Of a DNA stretch of 32,884 bases, positions 25,297 through 32,884 are shown in pieces; the stretch's first letter is position 1; each line of letters begins with the position of its first letter. Both the position numbers and the translations under genes were made by a program. Under the pieces are notes generated by a model that was not told the origin of the DNA, did not search any database, and saw only the letters and a list, made by a program, of their open reading frames with translations. Where the stretch lies: assembly GCA_038108555.1 (NCBI GenBank), contig JAYNIA010000027.1, positions 1-32,884 of the forward strand. The letters are read 5' to 3'. The DNA is from Nitrospinota bacterium. Lineage in GTDB: Bacteria; Nitrospinota; Nitrospinia; Nitrospinales; VA-1.

Positions 25297-26724
25297 ATGA
25301 GCTTGAAAATATTCAACACCATGAGCGGCAAGAAGGAAGACTTCGTTCCGCAAAAAGAAAACCATGTCGGCATGTATGTCTGCGGTGTCACCGTTTATGA
25401 CTATTGCCATGTAGGGCACGCCCGTGCCGCCATTGTTTTCGACACGCTGTATCGATACCTGCAATACCTCGGCAATGAGGTAAATTTCATCCGCAACTTC
25501 ACGGATATCGATGACAAGATCATCAACCGCGCCAACGAAGAGGGTGTCGAATGGCAGGAGATCAACCGCAAATATATCGAAGCCTTCCATGTAGATATGG
25601 GGAAACTCAATATCGCATCCCCTTCTGAAGAGCCGAAAGCCACTGACCATATCCCGGAAATGCTGGAGATGATCCAGTCACTTGTCGACCAGGACAAGGC
25701 CTACGAATCAGAAGGCGATGTTTTTTATTCCATAAAAACCTTCAAGGACTACGGTTGTTTGTCCGGGAAAAACATTGAAGACCTGCAATCGGGTGCCCGA
25801 GTGGAGGTCAACGAAGTTAAAAGAGATCCGCTGGATTTTGCGTTATGGAAAAAAAGCAAACCGGGCGAGCCTGCCTGGGACAGCCCCTGGGGAAAAGGAC
25901 GACCGGGTTGGCATATCGAATGCTCAGCGATGAGCAAAAAATATTTGGGTGACACTTTTGATATCCACGGTGGTGGGAAAGATCTTGTTTTCCCGCACCA
26001 CGAAAACGAAATCGCACAATCCTGTGGGTGTACCGGAAAACAGCCAGTACGTTATTGGGTGCATAATGGCTTCGTCAACATCGACAAGGAGAAGATGTCA
26101 AAATCGCTGGGTAATTTTTTCACCTTGCGCGATGTTTACAAGAAATACCACCCTGAAGTTTTGCGGTTGTTTTTAATCAGCAGCCAATACCGCAGCCCCA
26201 TCGATTTTTCTGAGAAAAATCTCGAAGACGCAACCAAGGTGATGAGTCGGTTTTATGAAGGGTTGGCAAATGCCAACAATAAATTAAAAAGCATAGACAC
26301 AAATTCCATCACGGAATTCCAGGAAAAAGTCAAAGCCCATGCGTTGACACAAAATTTTGAGACCGCCATGAATGACGACCTCAACACCGCCGTTGTTATG
26401 GCACATTTAAATGAAGGATTACGTACCCTCAATTCGGCATCTGCAAATGAAGATTTTGCGGTCACGGCACATGCCTGGATCAATGCTGCAAAAGTTTTGG
26501 GGCTTTTTTCCAGCACTCCCGAAAAATTTGAGGAAGAGTTGTTCGCCATTAAAAACGAATCTCTGGGTCTTGATGTAGAAAAAATCGAGCAATTGATTGC
26601 AGACCGTAATGCAGCACGCAAATCGAAAAACTGGGCCGATGCCGACCGATGCCGGGATGAGTTGACTGCCATGGGAGTACTGATCACGGACACGCCTAAT
26701 GGCACCGAGTGGAAGATCAAATGA
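25297..26724 (+). CDS. cysS: cysteine--tRNA ligase
   Basis: YVCGVTVYDYCHVGHAR, NFTDIDDKII, GRPGWHIECSAM, DLVFPHHENE, KMSKS. Confidence 0.98.
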   Translation: MSLKIFNTMSGKKEDFVPQKENHVGMYVCGVTVYDYCHVGHARAAIVFDTLYRYLQYLGNEVNFIRNFTDIDDKIINRANEEGVEWQEINRKYIEAFHVDMGKLNIASPSEEPKATDHIPEMLEMIQSLVDQDKAYESEGDVFYSIKTFKDYGCLSGKNIEDLQSGARVEVNEVKRDPLDFALWKKSKPGEPAWDSPWGKGRPGWHIECSAMSKKYLGDTFDIHGGGKDLVFPHHENEIAQSCGCTGKQPVRYWVHNGFVNIDKEKMSKSLGNFFTLRDVYKKYHPEVLRLFLISSQYRSPIDFSEKNLEDATKVMSRFYEGLANANNKLKSIDTNSITEFQEKVKAHALTQNFETAMNDDLNTAVVMAHLNEGLRTLNSASANEDFAVTAHAWINAAKVLGLFSSTPEKFEEELFAIKNESLGLDVEKIEQLIADRNAARKSKNWADADRCRDELTAMGVLITDTPNGTEWKIK

Positions 26725-28214
26725 TCGTTGCGGAAAGGTTTTCAGATGCCTATTTGAAATCCACCCGCCTTTTAAACCAGTTCGAAGTTCGTGAAGAAGA
26801 CCACACCATACGGGTTCCTGAAAAGGTCATTCGCTGCATCTGGAACGACCAGTTGTTTTGCACTCCTTCCCTTAAAACCCGGGACGGCCAAAACCTTGAA
26901 ATCATCTATCCGGGACACTGGAATTTTGGCAAAGGCCCGGACTTCACCAGCGCCACCATCAAAGTCAATGGCAAAACCTATGAAGGGGATGTAGAACTGC
27001 ATGTTTACGCCAGCGACTGGGACCAGCATGGCCACTCGGGAAATCCGGATTACGACAATGTCATCCTTCATGTTTATATGTGGCAGGGACGCGGACCGAA
27101 GCCTTCCAAAAAACATCTCAGAAAAAATGCGGCGTTTGATTTCGAAATAAAGGATTTTCTGACTCAGGGCCTGCTTGATCTAAACAACGAACTGGACTTT
27201 GAAACCTACCCAGTTCTCAATCAATGCAATGCAGGGCTCTGCCACGAACCGCTTTCCCAATTGCCTATGGAGAAATTACTTCACCTTATAAATGCAGCAG
27301 GTGAGGCGCGGATTCTGAAGAAACAGGAACGTTTTCATGATGCCATTATCGTGGAGGGATATGAGCAAACTTTCTATCGTGGAGTAGCAGAGGCTTTGGG
27401 CTATCCCAATAATAAAAAACCCTTCCAAACGCTTGCTGATACCCTGCCCGTCCTGACTTTGAAAGACAGGGTTCCTGCAAATATAAAAGACGAGGAAAGG
27501 GTTCTTCATTACCAGGCATTGCTCTTGGGTGCCTCGGGATTAATGGACATGAAGAGTTGGAAGGAAACTCCCGCTTTGCGCAAACTGGTAAAAATCTGGG
27601 AAGGATATAAAAATTTGATTCCGGAATCTTTCTTAACTAAAAAGGATTGGAGTTTTCGTTCCATTCGTCCTGCAAATTATCCCTACCGGAGGATTGCAGG
27701 CCTGGCCCATTTGCTGGTTCAACATGAAAAGAAGGGATTGTTCACTCAATTTGTTCAGGGCCTTTCAAAGACTCAAAAGTCTTCCCAAAAAGAAAGGGAT
27801 TCCTTACTAAACTTTTTCTGTGTGGAAACTGGAGAATACTGGTCGCGACACTACACACCGGGAGGCAAAAAACTCTCCAGCTCACAACAACTAATCGGTC
27901 CGGCTCGATCACGTGAAATTATTGTTAATATTGGAATCCCCATCGGTTTGATTTTTGCCCGAGCCGGGAAATTCCAGGATCTTGAAAAATCTCTTTATGA
28001 TCTTTTCCAGATCAGCAAGGGTTCCAGCGACAACAAACTGATCCGGTTTATGAAGCATTATATTTTTGGCGACCGAAAGGAAATGATCCAATTACTGACT
28101 TCTGAAAAACAGGTCCAGGGCCTGATGCAGATTTACCAGGATTTCTGCACCCAGAGCCAGAATAACTGTCTACGTTGTCCCTTCCCCGAAGTGGTGAGCC
28201 AGAATTTCTCCTAA
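26721..28214 (+). CDS. DUF2851-family protein
   Basis: PGHWN..GPDF, GDVELH...DWDQHGH..PDYDNVILHV, RPANYPYRRIA, C-terminal FC...CLRCP; ATGA overlap with the cysS stop. Confidence 0.85.
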   Translation: MIVAERFSDAYLKSTRLLNQFEVREEDHTIRVPEKVIRCIWNDQLFCTPSLKTRDGQNLEIIYPGHWNFGKGPDFTSATIKVNGKTYEGDVELHVYASDWDQHGHSGNPDYDNVILHVYMWQGRGPKPSKKHLRKNAAFDFEIKDFLTQGLLDLNNELDFETYPVLNQCNAGLCHEPLSQLPMEKLLHLINAAGEARILKKQERFHDAIIVEGYEQTFYRGVAEALGYPNNKKPFQTLADTLPVLTLKDRVPANIKDEERVLHYQALLLGASGLMDMKSWKETPALRKLVKIWEGYKNLIPESFLTKKDWSFRSIRPANYPYRRIAGLAHLLVQHEKKGLFTQFVQGLSKTQKSSQKERDSLLNFFCVETGEYWSRHYTPGGKKLSSSQQLIGPARSREIIVNIGIPIGLIFARAGKFQDLEKSLYDLFQISKGSSDNKLIRFMKHYIFGDRKEMIQLLTSEKQVQGLMQIYQDFCTQSQNNCLRCPFPEVVSQNFS

Positions 28215-28241
28215 AAAAACACCAAAATTACAGCATTCCCA

Positions 28242-28270
28242 TTGCACAAACGTCTAATTTCCCGTAAAAT
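28242..28270 (+). promoter_or_regulatory. candidate sigma70 promoter of cysD-cysNC
   Basis: TTGCAC-17 nt-TAAAAT; a second candidate TTGATT-17-TAAAGT lies at 28282-28310. Confidence 0.5.
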
Positions 28271-28438
28271 CGCCGTCCCCCTTGATTCTATTGAATAATC
28301 AGGATAAAGTGGAATTTCTTCAATAATAAAAACCCGCCGCAAGCGGATGGAGAATCCGGCTTTTTATAATTTTTTTATAATTTAATGTTAATAATATTAC
28401 CTGTTAAAGGTTTAATTTTTAAGGAATTATAGTTTCAA

Positions 28439-29242
28439 ATGGATCATTTAGACGAGCTTGAAAACCAAAGTATTTATATCCTCCGTGAGGCCTATAAAAA
28501 CTTTAAAAACCTGGCCATGCTGTGGTCGATTGGTAAGGATTCAACGATCATGCTCTGGCTGGCGCGAAAAGCCTTTTTTGGACATGTTCCAATTCCCCTG
28601 GTTCATATAGACACCACCTTCAAAATACCGGCGATGATCGAATACCGGGATTATTATGCGAAAGAGTGGAATTTAAACCTGGTAGTGGGCAAAAACCAAA
28701 AAGCACTGGATGAAGGCATGAACCATGAGAAGGGACGCCTGGTATGCTGTGAAGCCCTCAAAACCCAGGGCCTTCAATGCATCATGGAACAGGAAGGTTA
28801 TACCGGACTCATCCTCGGAATCCGTCGGGATGAAGAGGGAACCCGCGCCAAGGAAAGATATTTCTCGCCGCGGGACAAAAACTTTGAATGGAATTTCAAA
28901 GACCAGCCCCCGGAGCTCTGGGACCAGTACAAAACAACATTTTCTGAAGACACGCATATCCGCATTCATCCAATCCTCCATTGGACGGAACTGAATGTAT
29001 GGGAATATATTTTGCGGGAGAACATCCCCATCATCGATCTTTATTTTGCAAATGAAGAAGGCAAACGTTATCGGTCTTTAGGCTGCGCGCCTTGCACAGG
29101 GCACATCGAATCAAATGCAAAAAATGTGGAAGAGATCGTTGAAGAACTGAAAAACGCAACCACAGCAGAGCGCTCCGGCAGAGCACAGGATCAGGAAAAC
29201 ACCTATGCCATGCAAAAACTGAGAGCCCGAGGGTATATGTAA
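28439..29242 (+). CDS. cysD: sulfate adenylyltransferase small subunit
   Basis: [52 protein letters not shown]. Confidence 0.95.
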   Translation: MDHLDELENQSIYILREAYKNFKNLAMLWSIGKDSTIMLWLARKAFFGHVPIPLVHIDTTFKIPAMIEYRDYYAKEWNLNLVVGKNQKALDEGMNHEKGRLVCCEALKTQGLQCIMEQEGYTGLILGIRRDEEGTRAKERYFSPRDKNFEWNFKDQPPELWDQYKTTFSEDTHIRIHPILHWTELNVWEYILRENIPIIDLYFANEEGKRYRSLGCAPCTGHIESNAKNVEEIVEELKNATTAERSGRAQDQENTYAMQKLRARGYM

Positions 29243-31054
29243 ATGGGCAATAACGGAAGCGCACCAGATCTTGCCAGCCGCTTGATGCGGATGGTTATTG
29301 TAGGTCATGTGGACCACGGCAAATCCACCCTGGTGGGTCGCCTGCTTGCGGACACCGGAAGCCTGCCCGAAGGCAAACTGGATTTCGTAAAAGATATTTG
29401 TGACCAGCAGGGAAAAACTTTCGAGTATGCCTTCCTGCTGGATGCCCTGCAGGAAGAACAGGAGCAGGGGATCACCATTGACACCTCACAAATTTTTTTC
29501 CATACCCAGAAAAGAAAATACGTCATCATCGATGCCCCGGGACATAAAGAGTTCCTTAAAAATATGGTGACCGGTGCTGCCGATGCCGAAGCCGCACTCC
29601 TTCTCATTGATGCGAAAGAAGGAGTTCAGGAGCAGTCACGCAGGCATGGTTATATTCTTAAACTTTTGGGACTCACCCAGGTCGCGGTCGTTATCAATAA
29701 AATGGACCTGGTGGGCTACGATGAAAAAGTTTATAACGAAATCAAAACGGAGTACTCCAAATTCCTGGAATCGATGGGAGTCGAGGCAAAAGAATTTATT
29801 CCCGTCTCGGCAAAACTGGGCACCAACATTGCAGAGCTGAAAGATGAAATGCCCTGGTATAAAGGACCCACCGTATTAAACATGGTCGACCAGTTCGAGA
29901 AAAAACCTCGACCCGACCACCTCCCCGTTCGCTTTCCGGTGCAGGACGTTTATAAATTTGACGAGCGCAGAATCATCGCGGGACGTGTGGAGTCAGGAAA
30001 ACTCAAGGTGGGAGACCGTGTCATCTTCTCTCCATCCAACAAGCAGGCAGTGATTAAAACCATTGAAGCCTGGAGCGTTCCCGAACAACCCAGTGTGGCA
30101 ACCTCTTCAGAATCCATCGGCTTCACTCTGGATGAACAGATTTTTGTCGAACGTGGAGACGTCTGCACCCTGATGGACGAATTGCCCATCGTATCCACCA
30201 CCTTCGATGCAAACGTCTTCTGGATGGGGCAACGCAACCTTGAAAAAGGACGCAAGTTCATTATCAAGCTCAATACTCAGGAAGTGGAATGCGAAGTTGC
30301 AGAATTTAAAAAAGCCATCGATGCCTCGACTTTGGAAACGCTCACCAATCAGGACTTCATCGCTAAAAACGATGTGGCCGAGGTTACGTTTAAAACCCGA
30401 TCGCCTGTGGCATTTGACCTTTTCGGCTCCATAGCAACAACGGGACGTTTTGTTCTGGTGGATCAATACGATGTTTGTGGTGGCGGAATCATCACCACCT
30501 ACACCCCGACAACACATGAAGATAAATTGCGGGATGAAGTCCGCACTCGAGACTTTAACTGGATCAAAAGTGACATCAAACCGGAAGAACGTGCCTATCG
30601 CAACGGACACCGTGCCGCGTTGATTCTCATTACAGGGGAACCGGGATCAGGTAAAGGTCCTTTGGCCAGAACATTGGAGAAGAGTCTGTTCGAAAATAAT
30701 TTCCAGAGTTATCTTTTAGACCGCAGGAATGTGAACCTTGGGGTCTCGGCAGACCTCGGTAGTTCTGAAGAAGAATCTGCAAGGCGCTTGGGTGAAGTGG
30801 CGAAACTATTCCTCGATGCAGGACATGTGGTGATCTCGACTTCCAATGCCTTCCATCGCGAAGACCAGGAAGACCTGAAGCTACTGGCGAATCCGTACCA
30901 GGTAATCGAAGTTCAAGTGAGTTCACAAACAACAGGCGAGCCGGATATTTCACTTTCGCTGGACGAAGCTCAAAACGTCAAAGACGCTTCAACAAAAATC
31001 CAGGACTACCTGAAAGAAAAGAAAATTTTGATGGGGCATAATTATTCCATTTGA
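29243..31054 (+). CDS. cysNC: sulfate adenylyltransferase large subunit (GTPase) with a C-terminal APS-kinase-like domain
   Basis: [39 protein letters not shown]-terminal ITGEPGSGK and [10 protein letters not shown]. Confidence 0.92.
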   Translation: MGNNGSAPDLASRLMRMVIVGHVDHGKSTLVGRLLADTGSLPEGKLDFVKDICDQQGKTFEYAFLLDALQEEQEQGITIDTSQIFFHTQKRKYVIIDAPGHKEFLKNMVTGAADAEAALLLIDAKEGVQEQSRRHGYILKLLGLTQVAVVINKMDLVGYDEKVYNEIKTEYSKFLESMGVEAKEFIPVSAKLGTNIAELKDEMPWYKGPTVLNMVDQFEKKPRPDHLPVRFPVQDVYKFDERRIIAGRVESGKLKVGDRVIFSPSNKQAVIKTIEAWSVPEQPSVATSSESIGFTLDEQIFVERGDVCTLMDELPIVSTTFDANVFWMGQRNLEKGRKFIIKLNTQEVECEVAEFKKAIDASTLETLTNQDFIAKNDVAEVTFKTRSPVAFDLFGSIATTGRFVLVDQYDVCGGGIITTYTPTTHEDKLRDEVRTRDFNWIKSDIKPEERAYRNGHRAALILITGEPGSGKGPLARTLEKSLFENNFQSYLLDRRNVNLGVSADLGSSEEESARRLGEVAKLFLDAGHVVISTSNAFHREDQEDLKLLANPYQVIEVQVSSQTTGEPDISLSLDEAQNVKDASTKIQDYLKEKKILMGHNYSI

Positions 31055-31156
31055 TTGTTATTTAAGGAGTAATTGCACCAAAGATATAGGGATTGACATT
31101 GTCCGGTGAATCGGGCATTAATAACGCTTCATTTTAATATTCATTAAAGGGTTCAC

Positions 31157-31462
31157 ATGCCAAAGATCAAAGTCATCAACACCGAAACCGAAGAAACCTG
31201 GGAATTCAAAGCAGGTTATGGTGCCAATCTCAGGCAGGCTGCTCTCTATAATGATGCCGAGGTTTATAAAGGCCTCAACAAATTCCTCAATTGTCGTGGC
31301 AGTGGGTTGTGCGCCAAATGTGTAGTGGAAGTCGAACCCATGGAAAACGTCAACGAGCGAACCTTCTTCGAAAAAGTCCACCGACTGGACGAAAATCAGA
31401 AACTCGGTTGTCGCATCAAAGTCTACGGCGACATCACCGTCAAAGCCGCCATCGCCGACTGA
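31157..31462 (+). CDS. 2Fe-2S ferredoxin
   Basis: NCRGSGLCAKC...LGC (C-x5-C-x2-C...C); TTGACA-like -35 upstream. Confidence 0.9.
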   Translation: MPKIKVINTETEETWEFKAGYGANLRQAALYNDAEVYKGLNKFLNCRGSGLCAKCVVEVEPMENVNERTFFEKVHRLDENQKLGCRIKVYGDITVKAAIAD

Positions 31463-31545
31463 CCGGTAATCACCTCTCCCTTTAGTTTCCTTTTACTTTT
31501 TTTCCGGTTTAACACCCTTTTTGTCATAACGAGGACCAAAAAGGC

Positions 31546-31662
31546 AACCCCCTCACTCCCCCTGTGATATTTCACCTTAAATTTCATGCCCGGCACGGGT
31601 ATTGTTAGGGGGAAGAAAAACACTAAGCTTGTTCCCCCCTGTTAAGGGGGGCCAGGGGGGTT
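31546..31662. repeat. inverted doublet of the GC-rich palindromic repeat; the left copy carries a ~37-39 bp insertion
   Basis: AACCCCCTCACTCCCCCT[insert]TGTTAGGGGGAA ... TTCCCCCCTGTTAAGGGGGGCCAGGGGGGTT, between convergent genes. Confidence 0.65.
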
Positions 31663-31705
31663 AACCATTCCTTACAAATTTCACATCGGCGGAGCGTATC
31701 GCCGT

Positions 31706-32053
31706 TTAGATTTGAATAACAATCAATAGGGGTAAAAGAGTCAAGCCAACGGTGGCGATCAGGGCGTGGACGAGAACATCCCAGCGTTTGCTGAAGGGGA
31801 CCAGTCCGACTATGTATAGGGCGACAGCATAATCCATCCATGTATTTTCATGGTGGGTCTGGTTCATGATCAGGAAATAGACCATACAGAACGCGATGGA
31901 ATAAAACAGGTATTTATGGATTTTAAGGGTCTGGGGAGTTTTCTTTTGAAAACCTATGACCAGCCCCATCAAAATATTGACCAGATAAAACCCCATCGCG
32001 GTCAATATCCAGACAAGGGATGGGGACGCTAAAATTTTTGGAAAAAATCCCAT
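31706..32053 (-). CDS. small integral membrane protein (about 4 TM), hypothetical
   Basis: 115 aa, four hydrophobic segments, His residues in the helices. Confidence 0.7.
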   Translation of the reverse strand: MGFFPKILASPSLVWILTAMGFYLVNILMGLVIGFQKKTPQTLKIHKYLFYSIAFCMVYFLIMNQTHHENTWMDYAVALYIVGLVPFSKRWDVLVHALIATVGLTLLPLLIVIQI

Positions 32054-32223
32054 AAGGCATCAGTCTATTAATTAAAAGCAAAATCAGGCGAAGAGATTAT
32101 AGCTTATTCATCGCCCGGGTGCTTTAACGAAGGTCTCCTTGACAAGCGAATCCGGTAGGTTTAAGGTTGGGATGTATAAGCATAAAAAAATTTCGATTTT
32201 TATGAAACCGAAAGGGGGATTTT

Positions 32224-32595
32224 GTGAGTGAATCCGATGGAGCTGAGCGTAATTTCGAAAAATTATCGAAAGCCATTACTGAAGCGGTAATGACATCGCC
32301 TAAGGTGAAAAAAATCGTTGCAGAAATTCAGAAGAATGATGATATCTGCCCCAAAAGTTTTATGGTTCTCGTCCTGAAAATGGAAGTCTTGACCGATTCG
32401 CTGGAATTGGAAGTCGAGGAAGGACCCACTGAAGAAGCTCCCGCTCCTAAAAAACGCGCCAGCCGAAAATCCCCAAAGAAAGCGCAGTTCATTGATGGGA
32501 AACAACTCACAAAAAAGGAAATCGAGTTCCAGGAATATTCCAACAAAAAATTCAACACCGAAGAATGGCTTAAGAAAAACGGGCTCATTCTATAA
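32224..32595 (+). CDS. hypothetical protein
   Basis: 123-aa ORF, GGGGGA SD before GTG, TTGACA-17-TAAGGT candidate promoter upstream. Confidence 0.72.
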   Translation: MSESDGAERNFEKLSKAITEAVMTSPKVKKIVAEIQKNDDICPKSFMVLVLKMEVLTDSLELEVEEGPTEEAPAPKKRASRKSPKKAQFIDGKQLTKKEIEFQEYSNKKFNTEEWLKKNGLIL

Positions 32596-32602
32596 ATCCC
32601 TC

Positions 32603-32854
32603 TTGCTGGCCTCTGCTTTTTTTTCCTGGCTTCCGTTTTTTAATACTGCATCTTCTTTCGATTTTGAATCGGCACGAAAGGAGATGGTGGAAACCCAGTT
32701 ACTCCCCCGCGGCATTCACGACACTGAAGTTTTAAATTCCCTGCTCAAAGTTCCCCGCCACCTGTTTGTCATCCCGAGATACAAGGAACTAGCTTATTCC
32801 GACTCCGCACTGCCAATCACCCACGACCAGACTGGCCTGCCCCCAATAAACTGA
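32603..32854 (+). pseudogene. pcm: protein-L-isoaspartate O-methyltransferase, 5' fragment interrupted after QT
   Basis: ARKEMVETQL..RGI.D.EVL..L.KVPRHLFV...AYSDSALPI..DQT; the expected IS(Q)P motif and SAM domain are replaced by GLPPIN*; start uncertain. Confidence 0.75.
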
Positions 32855-32884
32855 TCCAATGCCTATGTTAGGATTTGGGTCAAA
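32833..32884. mobile_element. probable terminal inverted repeat/end of an IS3-family insertion sequence, truncated by the window edge
   Basis: TGGCCTGCCCCCAATAAACTGATCCA starts exactly where pcm homology stops; 5'-TG..CTGCCCCC.. resembles IS3-family ends. Confidence 0.6.

Noticed and set aside
28228..28257. ECF-type promoter before cysD (CGTCTAA)
   Set aside because: The -35 element is a poor match, and the sequence is better explained as the spacer of a TTGCAC-17-TAAAAT sigma70 promoter
345..30953. Numerous antisense and alternative-frame ORFs in the track (e.g. 345-857, 19830-20555, 23141-23845, 30107-30610)
   Set aside because: They are shadows of well-supported genes and have no recognisable motifs
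31074..31080. NtrC binding site upstream of the ferredoxin
   Set aside because: Only a TGCACCA half-site; no matching half and no TGGC-N-TTGC sigma54 promoter nearby
31423..31841. Short minus-strand ORFs 31423-31623 and 31623-31841
   Set aside because: They run through repeat DNA or overlap real genes, with no coding signal

Overview
Mostly housekeeping bacterial chromosomal DNA; the gene set suggests a Nitrospinota/deltaproteobacteria-like organism, but that taxonomy is only an inference. In order, the window holds: tRNA-Glu and tRNA-Lys (minus strand); ilvE; an FmdB-type zinc ribbon gene, ntrB/ntrC-like two-component pair and two AstE/AspA-family metallopeptidases (the second looks catalytically dead); a Coq4-motif protein; a TrmN6-like methyltransferase overlapping a ~1035-aa ORF that fuses MiaA to a signal/TM segment, TPRs and a soluble lytic transglycosylase; a redox cluster (DUF362, ArsR, ECF sigma, zinc anti-sigma, msrB, DUF3179) with two candidate ECF promoters; TPR proteins, an AI-2E transporter, rluB, scpB and dcd; a TPR-cupredoxin-helical protein; cysS-DUF2851; cysD-cysNC-ferredoxin; and a pcm gene cut off by what looks like an IS3-family end at the window edge. 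A family of dispersed GC-rich palindromic repeats and a 25-bp direct repeat at the dcd 3' end are also visible. No CRISPR-Cas or defence system is supported. The best novelty candidates are the MiaA-SLT fusion, the TPR-cupredoxin-FTR1-like protein, the ECF promoter embedded in its own sigma gene, and the active/inactive peptidase pair.
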